Shown piece after piece: positions 1 through 12,200 of a stretch of 64,000 nucleotides of DNA; position 1 is the stretch's first letter, and every line of letters begins with the position of its first letter. The notes beneath the pieces are model-generated. The model was not told the origin of the DNA, did no database searches, and saw only the letters and a program-made list of their open reading frames with translations. Origin of the DNA: Mayamaea pseudoterrestris (Eukaryota); NCBI GenBank assembly GCA_027923505.1, contig BROI01000015.1, positions 434,001 through 498,000 on the forward strand. The letters run 5' to 3'. Made by a program: the position numbers and the translations under genes.

Positions 1-3000
1 AACAGAAAAACATGGCAATGTTACAGGAGAAGCGACATCAACAAACACGAGTACAACAGGCGTCGACTTGGCGTTGTCCTTTCAAGACAATGAAGGCTGT
101 CTCGACGTTTGGCGGCAGATTCAGGAGGTGCAGTCAAAGGCTGCCCGCATGATGCAAACCAAATCGGTTCAAGACTTGGCGGCTCAAGTGGCGGCCCAGC
201 ATCACGCTGACTTGTGCCAGCAGCAGGAACGAGACATGCTACTTTGGAATAGCAATAGTAACACGAGCGATAACGACGAAAACGGCAATTCACAACATTC
301 CTCGTCGCACGGAGGAAGCGAATCAAATCACCGAACATCGGAACTTTCAGTGGCATCGAGTGGAATGCATCATCAATCTTCATGGGCAGCAAATGCAGTA
401 TCTATCGAGTCCGCCAATAGCAGCAGCAATCACAATGGCAATAACGGCAACTGCCTCTTGTCGTCATCATCACTTCCTCAGCCTCCAACGATTGCAAACT
501 TGGAGGATGTGGCAGATTCGATTGCCACTCTGCAACACGTGCATCCGCAGCGGGAAGCGCTTGCCATGTGCATTGCCCAAGACGATTGTGCCTACTTGAC
601 GCAATTATTGGAAATATTTGCAGCGACGGAAGCTAGAGGCAACTACAGCAAACTGGCGACGCTGGCAGCTTGCGTCAAGACGATTCTGCTGTTGAACGAG
701 CCTGCCATTTTGGAATTGATTGTTACGGAAGCAACCCTATTTGAGCAAGTGTGCTCATGCTTGGAATACGATCCCGATTTACGGGAAAAGGCTAATCATC
801 GATGGTTTTTGCGGGAGCGAGCGCGGTTTCGTACGGTGGTGCCCATGGAGGATGACGACCTGGTTGGCGCAATTCATCGAAGTTTTCGCGTCAGTTATCT
901 GCGAGATACCCTGTTGCGACCCACCATGGATGAGTCGACTCTGAGCACGTTGACGAGTTTGCAAACGTTTACTCATGCGGACGTTGTCAAGGGCGTTACC
1001 ATGTCGCCAGGGACGGAGCTGGAAGGTGGGAGTTTATATGATTCGTATCTGGTAAGAGTCATTGATATGCTTTGCGCCGAGCTACATGCGATTTCCGCTA
1101 TGGAGTGGGCGCAACTCGAAACGCGACACGATGGAGAGTCAGCGAGTCACACAGCATTTACCTTGGATCCTTCCATTGTCTTCGACAAGTACGGGATCGG
1201 AGCGAGTCATACAAAGCAATATCTTGCACCACAGGATGGCTCGCTGGCGTCTAGAAAGATGAGAAGAAGGGGATGCTTATTGTTTCTGAAGGAACTTTTT
1301 ACCATGGTTCGAACTTCGTTGCAGCAAAGTGACAAGGATGATTTTATTTCCGTAATCTGCACCCTTGATATTGATCTTAACGAAGGCCGAGAAATTGCCG
1401 ACAACGTGTCGCAAACTAGTCAACAAGTTGAAGTCGGCAGCGTCGCGAGCACAACCAGGTCAGATCGTCTCGACGAAAAGCTTGATCAGGCTGTCAGTAT
1501 TGAACTTCACTCCTTACCTTCCCCGACAAACCTGCTTTCCATGTTGGGGAATGTGTTGGCCGATCCAGGAACCGAGTTGTCCGAAAAATGCGCTGCATTG
1601 GACATTCTTGCGGGAGTAGCTATGCACGATTCTTCTTTGATTCGTCGGCATTGTTTGGAGTTTCATACTTTGCGAACGAAGAGGCTACACGCAACGCTCG
1701 AGAATGTAAAAGAGTTGCCGTATCGACCCGTACCAAATGAACGAAACCAAGTTCTTTTTGTCTGTCCGCCGGACGACCTAATAATGGCGTTGCTCTACAC
1801 AGTGGCCGTGGAGAGAGATGCCGGCATGTTGCTTCAAGTTACGGAGGTTCTGCGGATCGTGCTTGACACTGACATGATGAATGATCAGGGTCCAGTCAAC
1901 GCCGGTGTTGGCGATGAAGCCGACGACCTTCCACATGGCCACGTGGGTCAACAGCCTCAGCCAAATCCTTTGCCAAGCCAACATTATCCCGGCTTATCAG
2001 GCGCTCCTGATCCAGTAAATGGCTCTGGCGAAAAGCACTTTCTATCTGTGTTTTATGAAAATTATGCAGAATGGCTGGTCGCACCGTTTCAGTTTCAAAT
2101 ATTGCGGCCTGCCCATCCGATACCATCTCATGTAATTCGGGATCCAACACAATCTGAAGTAATGCAAGAAATGATTCTGACCCCATTTCGCAAGAGTTTG
2201 AAGCTTGATGAAAAATATGTGACATTTGTTGTCGATTGTTCCATACGTCGAAGCTTTGCTGTTGAGCTTTTAAGCTTTTGTGTCCGCGCACATACCTATC
2301 GGATGAAGTTTTTCTTGCTTCGATCCAAAGTGATTGGGTCTGTGCTGCAGCTTTTGAGATGTGGCCAAAAGCAGGGCGTTTCGAATTCTCGAGCTTTAAA
2401 ACTCGCTGTTCTCAGATTCTTCCGCGCTATTCTATCGGCGAACGATGAGTCTTATCATCGTCACATAGTTCAACATGACTTGTTTGCGCCTGTTTTTGAA
2501 GCGCTTCGAATGAATCCCGTCGGTGACAACCTTTTGTCGTCGGCTATTGTGGAGATGTGCGATTATATCCATAGTGAGAATATCAACTCACTGGTCGAGT
2601 ACATAGTCAAGAATCACTTGCAGGCGAAAGACGGAGCTGTTCAGAGTTTAGAGGATGTTTCGAGCCCATATGTTAATACGCTAACGATGCTACGAAAGGC
2701 ATACGAAGAAAGCGAGGCGGCGAAGCGAAAGTCGGACTCTAATCGGCCAAGTTCACCATATGCTGCAGTAGATGCTTCTCCGACGTCTCCTCGGCACCAG
2801 CAAAATAGTCGACAACTCAGTGGACGGGCTTTAGCAGACCAACGAAAGTTTCGGGAACTTGACGAGGAAGAGAGTTACTTTGACTCTGAAGACGATTTTG
2901 ATCAAAGCGATGCACCACGACGAGCCGTACACCTGACCGGAGACGAAGGGAACATACATGACAATCCGGAAAGCGAGCTTCATCGAACGCCACGAATGTT

Positions 3001-3130
3001 CTCGCTCGCCCAAACAACACTCTTGGAAAATGATGGCACGGATTGTTTGGGTGGTCCAATTCTGCCCAAGTCTCCTCCGCTACATGACAACGAGGAAAGC
3101 AGGTGCGATCATTCTCCACCGACTGTATGA
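1..3130 (+). CDS. PPP4R3: Ser/Thr protein phosphatase 4 regulatory subunit 3 (SMEK/Psy2), 5'-truncated
   Basis: Frame open from the window edge. DLALSFQDNEGC..VW..I matches the end of the EVH1 domain; CLEYDP..HRxFL, IHRSFRVSYLRD and ELLSFCVRAHTYRMK match SMK-1/PP4R3 motifs. Confidence 0.88.
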   Translation, partial: TEKHGNVTGEATSTNTSTTGVDLALSFQDNEGCLDVWRQIQEVQSKAARMMQTKSVQDLAAQVAAQHHADLCQQQERDMLLWNSNSNTSDNDENGNSQHSSSHGGSESNHRTSELSVASSGMHHQSSWAANAVSIESANSSSNHNGNNGNCLLSSSSLPQPPTIANLEDVADSIATLQHVHPQREALAMCIAQDDCAYLTQLLEIFAATEARGNYSKLATLAACVKTILLLNEPAILELIVTEATLFEQVCSCLEYDPDLREKANHRWFLRERARFRTVVPMEDDDLVGAIHRSFRVSYLRDTLLRPTMDESTLSTLTSLQTFTHADVVKGVTMSPGTELEGGSLYDSYLVRVIDMLCAELHAISAMEWAQLETRHDGESASHTAFTLDPSIVFDKYGIGASHTKQYLAPQDGSLASRKMRRRGCLLFLKELFTMVRTSLQQSDKDDFISVICTLDIDLNEGREIADNVSQTSQQVEVGSVASTTRSDRLDEKLDQAVSIELHSLPSPTNLLSMLGNVLADPGTELSEKCAALDILAGVAMHDSSLIRRHCLEFHTLRTKRLHATLENVKELPYRPVPNERNQVLFVCPPDDLIMALLYTVAVERDAGMLLQVTEVLRIVLDTDMMNDQGPVNAGVGDEADDLPHGHVGQQPQPNPLPSQHYPGLSGAPDPVNGSGEKHFLSVFYENYAEWLVAPFQFQILRPAHPIPSHVIRDPTQSEVMQEMILTPFRKSLKLDEKYVTFVVDCSIRRSFAVELLSFCVRAHTYRMKFFLLRSKVIGSVLQLLRCGQKQGVSNSRALKLAVLRFFRAILSANDESYHRHIVQHDLFAPVFEALRMNPVGDNLLSSAIVEMCDYIHSENINSLVEYIVKNHLQAKDGAVQSLEDVSSPYVNTLTMLRKAYEESEAAKRKSDSNRPSSPYAAVDASPTSPRHQQNSRQLSGRALADQRKFRELDEEESYFDSEDDFDQSDAPRRAVHLTGDEGNIHDNPESELHRTPRMFSLAQTTLLENDGTDCLGGPILPKSPPLHDNEESRCDHSPPTV

Positions 3131-3818
3131 TTGTTTTATCAATAGCAACTGCGAAAACACTTTGTTGAGCTTGACGAAGCAAACATCAAGCTCAGTTGTA
3201 CAAGGCTAAAAGTAACACTGCGTGCGGATCTTTCTCCGACGTGGCTTGCTCGGTTAGCCGGCGGAATTTTAGTCCATCACGAAAACTACTGGAAGCTGAG
3301 TTGTGTCAGGAAAAAGAACAGCTTGTACTGCATCAGCTTTAGCTGCGACCGCTTCTGCAAGACAATATATACGTCACGAGTTTAAGAGAATAGAAGTTAA
3401 GATGAGGCGTTAGTTTTTTTAAGAGCTGCTATCGACATGGTTGCCGGTCCAAAAGGTTACATCCAGCTCATCCACCAATTAAAATACCCTTGCCTACCGT
3501 ATGAAGCGCATGCAAACATAGTACAGTGTTTACTGTCGAATGAGCCATGCGCATTACCCTAGAACTGTACTGAGTACTTCTGTGTGAGTGGCAACAGATT
3601 AGACCACGGATGGAGCAATGAGGCTATGAGTGCTGGAGCGACATCAGCTGATGATTGTGTACCCTCGCGACGTTTGCGATCTTTCCATTGATCGCTTCGC
3701 TTTGGCGCCTCACTGCTTCCTTCTCTTCATCATCTCGTGTCTAGCCATCGGATTTAATAGTACGTTTGTTTCCTCATTCATTCTGACGCCAACGCACAAC
3801 GCCTATAGTAGTTGCAAA

Positions 3819-4315
3819 ATGGCAGGCGACAATCAGCAGCAGCATCCCTTCTGTCATCTTCCTGGCGATCCGTCCTTGATTCTCACGACCAATGTTGATT
3901 TGGGCGACAAGAAGCTGGACATCATGAAGGCTTGTTCCAAGGCAATTGCATCTGCTACGGGAAAGCCAGAGAGCTATGTTGGTTCGTATTTCGTGTGTAA
4001 TTTGTAATAAACACATTTCACTTTCTTCTTCGCCTTGCACCAACTCTGCTTCAACTTTCTCGTGTGATTTGTGATTCCACAGCGGTCAGCATCACGGACA
4101 AGGCATCCGTCATATTTGGAGGTTCGGATGCTCCGACGGCACTTGGTTGTTTGTACAGCATTGGAGGCATTGGCGTTTCGTCCAATGGCCAAATCCAAGC
4201 GGCGGTGACAGATCAGCTTGAATCCTTTGGCGTTGCTGCCGACAGAATTTACATCAACTTTTTCGACATGGATCGAGCCAATGTTGGATGGAGTCGAAAG
4301 ACCTTTGCAGGTTAA
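3819..4315 (+). CDS. MIF: Macrophage migration inhibitory factor (MIF)/tautomerase family protein, 2 exons
   Basis: Intron 3982-4082 (GTTCGT..CAG, phase 1) joins PSLILTTNV..TGKPESYV to AVSI..FGGSDAPTALGCLYSIGG..RIYINFFDM..NVGW..TF. An alternative in-frame ATG lies at 3651. Confidence 0.88.
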
Positions 4316-4472
4316 TGCGAAGAATATGTTTCGTGTAAGCGTTCTACAAGCGCTGCAATTACATAGTTTAAACTCATCGGCTGTTGTTGTACATCAATTG
4401 TTTACGTCTACATCGATGTTTGTCACGTCTAGTGTGAAAGATTGCGTTAATCATTCACTTGCACTTATACTT

Positions 4473-5915
4473 TTAGTAACACTCTGTGCAGCAACTGCAA
4501 GAAACCTCTTGACAGTCAGCCGTGAGCGCCTTGAAATCATACGCCGCCGACTGGATACGATCGCAGACCGTAGAAGGCATGGAGCCCGACAAGTTATTTT
4601 CGTAAAGCTCTAAAACTTCCAAGTCGGGCAAGTTGCTCAGCTCGGATGGGACTTGGCCACTCAAGCTGTTCTCGTACAACCAAACGCGACGAAGACCACT
4701 CAAAAGACCAATTTCTGTTGGAATTGGACCCGATAGAGTCGCATTAGTGATGGACAATGATGCCAAATCTGGATGATTCGATCCAATGCTTGTTGGAATG
4801 CTGCCTTCGATTGTGTTGCTGTCCAACCAGAGGGCAAAGATGGATGGCAAACTTCCGGATGACAGGAGCGTCGGTAGATCAATCGTCAAAAGGTTGCGGC
4901 GCAAGTAAAGGTAAATGAGGTTGGGAAGCTGCGCGATGCTGGAAGGAACGTCACCGCTCAAAAAGTTGGATTCGATTTCCAAATGAGTCAGCTTGGAGAG
5001 ATTTGAGAAAATGCTTCCGTCCATGGGTCCTTGCAGAATGTTGTAGCTCATGGTAAGCTTCGAGAGGCTCGTCAGAGCGGAAATTGAGGGCGGAATGCCC
5101 GACGTGCAAACGACGTAATTGTCTTCCATTAGAAGCGTCTCAAGGTTGCCAAGATGCGTGAAAGGTGTCACATTTGCATCTCCATCGACATATACACTAT
5201 TTGTCGTCAAGTCAAGCGTCGTGAGGCTCTGCAAGAATGCCATTTCCAAGGGTAATGTACCCGTCAAGGAATGCTCACGGAGCAAGATACCAACGACACT
5301 GCTGCCATCCTCACTGCATGTCACTCCTTCCCAGTCACATTCCGTAATGCTGCTAATCCAGTTGATGGAGCTTGTCCATCCAGGAATGTCTCCTTCTCCA
5401 TTATTCTTGATGATCTGCGAGTTGGATTGGCTAAAGGTGCTGTAGTAAAAGACGCCGAGTGCGTAGCGCTGCACCTTTTGCGCGCGCTCCAGCAAGGCAT
5501 AGTTTCTTGATCCAGCTACCCACTCCAGCGCAAGCTGTTGCGGAGTCCCGACCTCCAGCATCTTTGAGTCACCATTGAGGCCGTACGTATTGTAGTAAGA
5601 TAGAAGAGTGTTCCCAAACTCTTGCTTGTTGGTTTGGACAACATTGGCTGGAAGCTCCGGCACAAAGACCACCGGTCCATCGTTGCCATCCCTCTTGGCC
5701 TGCGCAGCCTTGCTGGAAGGAACGGCAATCGCTGTAATCAGCAAGACCAGACCAAGAAAACCTCCAAAGTAAAAGACTTCCCTGCGCGCATACCAAGGGC
5801 GGCGCGACCGATTGTCCAACGAACTGATCGTCTCGTGAAAGTCAGCCATCATATCAGCGTCGTCATCCTTCAAGGATAGTTCGTGAGTATCGTAAATGGA
5901 GTCGTTTGCATGCAT
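4473..5915 (-). CDS. LRR protein with N-terminal transmembrane anchor (type II)
   Basis: TM segment FGGFLGLVLLITAIAV; cap PQQLALEW..QRYALGVFYYST..ECDWEGVTC; LxxLxLxxNxLSGxIP repeats; C-terminal ADC..CSCCTEC. Confidence 0.88.
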   Translation of the reverse strand: MHANDSIYDTHELSLKDDDADMMADFHETISSLDNRSRRPWYARREVFYFGGFLGLVLLITAIAVPSSKAAQAKRDGNDGPVVFVPELPANVVQTNKQEFGNTLLSYYNTYGLNGDSKMLEVGTPQQLALEWVAGSRNYALLERAQKVQRYALGVFYYSTFSQSNSQIIKNNGEGDIPGWTSSINWISSITECDWEGVTCSEDGSSVVGILLREHSLTGTLPLEMAFLQSLTTLDLTTNSVYVDGDANVTPFTHLGNLETLLMEDNYVVCTSGIPPSISALTSLSKLTMSYNILQGPMDGSIFSNLSKLTHLEIESNFLSGDVPSSIAQLPNLIYLYLRRNLLTIDLPTLLSSGSLPSIFALWLDSNTIEGSIPTSIGSNHPDLASLSITNATLSGPIPTEIGLLSGLRRVWLYENSLSGQVPSELSNLPDLEVLELYENNLSGSMPSTVCDRIQSAAYDFKALTADCQEVSCSCCTECY

Positions 5916-6221
5916 CGTAGAATATACCGGTAGATTGATTGATTAGCAGTCTTGTATAATAATCGACGAGAATCAGTGAGGAGGATCACGTCCGACTCGC
6001 AATATTGTGTTGCGCCATGGCCAAAAAAGATCGATTCAAACGCCGAGCCGGGCGACCGAAACATTTCGTCGCAACGGCTGCGCGACCGTTGAGTCGGATC
6101 CGATCAACGCAGGGTAGCTAAAGGCTTGTTGTCTGGGAAGTATATTATACACATCTAGTAGTAAAATGTATGCTTTAAATACTGTTTAGCACGCTTGCAT
6201 TGGTAGGTTTTATGCACATAG

Positions 6222-9200
6222 TTAATTGTCCAAGCAAGCGGTGCAACAGTTTTCCGTAGGGCACACGGTGCAGTTGGCGTAAACCATCACCTCGCGACCG
6301 CAGAGGGCCGTCGGCAGCTGACTATCAAAGGCATTTCCAAACAGGCCAAGATACTGTAGCCCAGTAAGTGATCCGAGTTGCGATGGAAGAGTGCCTGTCA
6401 TTTCGTTAAAGTCGAGCTGCAAAAAGTACAGGTCCTTCAAAGCGCCAATCTTGCCCGAGATGGATCCAGCTAACATGTTATTGTTCAAATCCAATACTCG
6501 AAGCGACGTCGCACCAAACAGCTCACTAGGCAAGTCCCCTGTAAGCATATTCTTGTCAAGATCAAGGTACTGCAGATGTGGAAGGGAACCGAGCGATGAA
6601 GGGATTTCTCCTGTCAGCAAGTTATCGTCGAGACCAAGCTCCTCCAAATACGGCAAGCTGCTCAGTTCCTCTGGTATGCTTCCACTCAAATAAGTTTTGT
6701 CCAGATTAATAGCGACGACAAATCCCTCGTTGTTGCATCGAATACCACCCCAAGCGCATTCTTTCGAGCTGCTTAAAAACAAATCGCCGTCGCAAGAGCT
6801 TGAGTCGCTCTTGGCCGAGCATTTAGTCCATTCATCACCAGATGTTGAAAAGTAAAGAGTAGCCAAAGCATACCTTTGAAAGAGTAATTGGTCAGTAGGA
6901 CAGACAAAGAATGCATCTTCGCTGCTAATCCAAGATAAAGCACGAGCTTGAGGAGATGTTGAATCATTTATTGCGCTTTCGTTTGATATGAATGATAGAT
7001 TAGAGGCAATAGCTGCCTTTCGTTCGCTCGACGACATCATGCATACAGTCGTTTTTGTCGACGGGTTTGCGGTAGTGACGGCAGTCGGAGACGGTTGTCC
7101 AGGCAGTTGTGACGGCTGTCCTGAAGAGAGATTTGAATTCTCTTCAGTATTTAAAGCTGAAGGACTCAAGGAACCAGCTGCATTGAGCAGCGAAGTAGGA
7201 AGAAAGCTGGGTGTAACGGAAGTGAGCGCAAGAGGACTTGCAGTAGGTGCTTTACTGGGAGTGTCGCTCACTAGCTCCGTCGGGTGGTAGCTTGGTTTGT
7301 TCAAAGGGGACATACTCGACAACGCCGGCGAAAGCGTGAGTTGTGAAGGGCTAACTGATGTTAGAAACGTTGGGAAGTGAGACTGAACAATTGACGGCAC
7401 TGGGCTTGAAGGGTCGGATAAAGAAGACGTAGGGGAACGCGACGGCAAATCAGATGGTCGAGAGCTTGTGGCAGTGGGCATTCTGCTTGGAAGGTCTGAA
7501 GGTGCGTCTGATACAACCTTTGCCTTTGTTGGCTTAGAATCAGGTAAAGATGATGGATATTGAGACGGTAAAGCCGGCGTAGTGCTCGGAAAGTCTGATG
7601 GTGCATCGGACGCGGCAAGCATACTTGTTGGCGACAGGCTGGGGGAATCTGATGATACAAAGCTTGGAGAGAGCGATGGAATGTCCGATAATCCGATAGT
7701 CGACCTGACAGTCGGTGTCGTGCTAGGATCATCTGAGGGTGCATCAGATGCTAGTAAACTCGTTGGTGAAGGAGTGGGGAAGTCTGTTGTTCTATCGCTG
7801 GGTTGCATCGATGGTGTGTCGGAAAGTTTAAGGGTGGGAAGCACGGACGGCGAATCTGAAAAGAGTAAGGTCGGTACGAAACTAGGTCTATCCGAAAGCA
7901 ACTGATGGCATTTACGAAAAAGAGTCAGAAAACAATGGTTGACAATGTAATTGACACCGGTAGACAAAAACTTACCGCACTTGGAAAAGCAGTCGCTGTC
8001 GGCTCGACCGTCGGCGTGTCGCTGGGAACATCAGGCTGCTCAGAAGAAATTCCTTTTGGTGGGGACGTGGAGCCAGAGGAGGGATGCACACTTGGTTCAT
8101 TATCCGAAGATGCAGAATAGTTCTTGCAATCGATGATACAGTTTTGAGCCCGCTGGAAGCCAATGTTCAGATACGTCGCTATAGAGTCCTTGCAGTCAGC
8201 ACAAGGACAAAGTTCGACTGCGAGGCAAACAACAGTATTTAATTCAGCGCATGTGGTGGTAACCGTAGGAAGAGTATTAACGAGGCAAGAATCACAAGCG
8301 GTAACAGAAACATCATCCATCTTGGTGAAGAAACAAGCTTCCAAGTTTGCCTGTGCTGTCATATCATGCAATACTTCCCAGGTCGGTGATTGTGACGGAT
8401 ATGCGCTGCGTGTAATTATTGGGATGTAAGTTGGTTTGTCGGAAAGTATTGAGCGGACGCCCGACGGTGACCCAGAATCAGAGCTGCTTGGTACTTGCGT
8501 CGGCCGATGATTATCAGGGACGGAACTTGGACGAATTAATGCTTGGCATCCAACGGAGCATCCAGCGCTGGCTTCAAAGCCACACGTCAAATAGTTTTCA
8601 ATTTCCGCGTAGCATAAGTCGCATGGACACTTTGCGACGGCTTCACAAGCGAGTGACTCTATGTCGCTACATGATGCTCCGGGTTGGGGCAGAAAGTCAA
8701 CGGTGCAGCTATCACAGATTTCTGAACCAAGTTCGGTGTAATATCGTTGGTAGCATTGATCCAAATACTCGGGCGCATTGACGCATGAGATTGGTCCAAG
8801 TGTGGGACTACTCGACGGCAGATCGCTTGGTAGTAAAGTCGGAGCACGTGATGGCATTGCGCTCAGCGATTTGCAATCAACATGGCATCCTCGACTGCTC
8901 TCCAAGCCACAAGTAAGATAATTCTCTATCGCAACTTCACATGGCGAGCAGGGGCATGATTCAATGGCGTTGCAAACAGAATATTCTGTATCGCCGCAGC
9001 TATCGTCGTCGCTGGACATTGCTATCGTTACACATGCATCACATTTCACAGATGTTTCTTCATCCATTTCGGCATCGAAGCATTGGTAAAGGTATGATAT
9101 CGCGTTGGTGCACGACATGGGTCCAAGCGTGGGATGGACAGTTGGCGATGAAAATGGCCGATTCGATGGGAGAGACATCATCGACGAGGCAGGAGTTGCG

Positions 9201-12200
9201 CTGGGTAGCCTGGAAGGTGTGCCATCGCAGTCCATTAAGCATCCACGTGTTTCCTCAAAGCCGCACGCTAAAAACACTTCCAAAGGTTCTGCACATGGGC
9301 CACAATTACAAAAGGCAAGTGCTCCGCATGTGATTGATTCTAGATCACCACAATTTGTCGTCTTTGGTGGAATCAAATCGACGACACACTGGTCACACTC
9401 CTGTACTGCCTGATCGTTGATCTCGACCGCAAAACATTGCTCAAGTCGTTGTCTCGCGTTGTTGCACGTCAAGGAGCTGAAGGTTGGCAAAGCAGAAGTT
9501 AATTCTAATATCCTTGCCGACGGGGCATTGCTAGAAATATCACTGTACGCCGTTGGGACAGAGTCTTCTTTCGATTCTAGGGAAGTTGGGTAGTTTGACG
9601 AGAAGTGTGTGCCTTGAGGCCTATGCGATGGAAAATCTCTTGATCTAATTGTAACGCCTCCTGGTGAAACGCTGGGACGAGCCGGTCTGCCGTCGATCCC
9701 GCCGAAAATATGGGACGGCTCATAGGTGGGACTGTCGGATATAGCGTCAGAATTGAAGGGAATCGGCGGTGAAGAAGAGTCACTTGATGGGTAGACTGTA
9801 AATTTCGTCGTCGCTTGCGGCGCGAGTGTTGGCAAGTCCCTCGATCCATTTGAAGAAAGCTCGGGAGACGCACTAGGAAAGTTTGATCGATCCCTCGCTC
9901 CAACTCCCCCAAATTTAAAAGAGGGTGCGGCAGAAGGAGATGGGTTGTCTGTGATTTCCAGATTTGACGACGCGCTTGGCGAGTCCGACGGAAACGCAGA
10001 CACAATTTTCGGATTCGTCAATGGAGCACTTGATGATCGTGGCATCGATGTCGGCCGGTCACTCAATCCATTGGATTTGTCTTCAGGCGACAGGCTAGGA
10101 ATGTCTGATCTAACATGTCCGCCAATCATTAAAGAAGGTGCGCTGGATGGAAGATCGGATGGCTGGTCCGAAGCGGCGTAATTTGGCGTAAAACTTGGCA
10201 GGTCTGATGATGACTCCCAACTAATTGATGGAGTAACCGATATATGAAGAGTGGCTTGTGGCATGGCTTCGCCTCCGACTCTGTCAAAAATCAAGGAAGG
10301 TTCGTTCGACGGGCGATCCGATGAGGCATCGGAAACGGTCAGACTTGACAAGGAGCTTGGCAAATCTGAAGGCGATTCAGAAGTGATGGACGGATAATCT
10401 GACGGAATACTCGAGAGCTGGGGAATGGTAGTTGGCAGGTCTCTGGATCCGTTGATTATGTCTGCAGGCGACGTACTTGGGTAGTCTGATCTGTCGTCTG
10501 CGCCTCCAAAAACAAAGGAGGGTGAAGTAGACGGACGATCTGACAAGTCGGGTGATGAGTGCGAGGACAAGACATGTGGCCTGTCCGATGGCAAGATGCC
10601 TGGTTGAGCACTGTTCGTTGTGGCACCTGGCGATATACTTGGAAAGGCTAAATAGTCATCTGCACCTCCTTCTCCTTCGAAAACAAAGGGAGGGGAAGTA
10701 GATGGACTATCCGAGGGCGCGTCGGATGTAGAAGGCGATGGCAAGACACTTGGCCAGTTCGATGGCAGCATGCTCGGTTGGTCACTTGGAACTCTGCTTG
10801 GAGCATCGGACTGTTGCTCAGAAGGAACGTCGCTTGGAAAAATGCTCAGCCGGCTTGAAGGAGCATCGCTGAGGTTTGAGCTTGACTGGAGGGACGGTGT
10901 ATTGCTCAGAGCAATACTTGGTTGACTTGAAGGGACATCGCTCGAAAGCTCACTAGGTTGGAGTGACGGAGTATCGCTTGAAGGCAGACTAGGTTGCTTT
11001 GTTGGTGCATTCATCGGAGCCCTACTTGACTGTTTGATCGGTTGTACTGAGGGCTGATCACTCAAAATCGAAGCTGCAAGCACAGTTGGAATGTTGCTTG
11101 AAGGAGAACTTGACCCCTCGCTGGGTAGCAAAGAAGGTTGATCGCTCACAACGGAACTCGGTGGCGATGAAAGGACGTCGCGAGGAGAACCACTTGATTG
11201 CTCGCTAACCACCAATGACGGCTGATTACTTAAATTCGAAGTCGGGATCCTTGTTGAAATGTCGCTTGAAGTAATACTTGGCCATTCACTGGGTTGCAAA
11301 GACGGTTCATCGCTTACAGAGGAGCTCGGTGGTGATGGAAGGACGTCCCGTGGAGAACTACTCCATTGCTCGCTAAATACCATTGACGGCTCATCACTTG
11401 GTTGCGTGGATGACTGCTCGACTCGCACTTTACTTGGCTGCACCGAAGGTTCGTAGCTCATTGTCGTTGCAGTGCTTGAGTGCAATGAAGGTTGATCACT
11501 GGATACAGTTATCGTTGGTAACGGATTATCGGTACTTGATTGCTCGCTATATAACACAGAGGGAGATTCGCTTGGAACGCTGCTAAGCTGCGCTGATGGT
11601 TGGCCACTAGGAACAGACATTAGTTGCAATGACGGAAAGTCGCTCGGATCGCTAGTTGGCAGCTCATTTATCGTGAGAAAAGGTTGGTTGCTGTGTGTCG
11701 AAGTTGAAAGCACATTGCTAGGACTCAAAGTCAATGTACCTGTTGGAGCAGCGCTTGAGCTTATAGTCGGACTTGATGTCGGCATATTCGTTGAATATAT
11801 GCTTGGTTCGTTGCTTGGAAGCGATGACTTCGCATCTTGAGGCAACACGCTTGAAGACTCCGAAGGCGAGCTTGTCGGCAAAGACGTCGGCAGGTCCGCC
11901 GCATCATAACAATAGTTGCGGTCTCTAGTACCGAATCCTTCACATCCTGGAACGGGCTCATAGTATGTTCGCACCCAGCAGCGCAAGTCACCAGTGCAGT
12001 CATCGTCATTGTAGCATTCTCCTTGACATTTTTGCAACGGATACTCGAGGTAGTTGTCGGCGCCGTCTCCCATAACGACCAAGATTCCTGGCAAAGGCTT
12101 GTAGCAATAGTCAAGCATGCTTACTCCCTCACCGGCGCATCCAGGGACAGTACCGAAACCATTGCGTTTAAAGCATGACAAACCAAACGCGCATTGGTCA

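Noticed and set aside
7925..7967. Overlap of two long ORFs as a frameshift or pseudogene
   Set aside because: Explained by a canonical 74-nt intron with donor, branch point and acceptor in the right phase.
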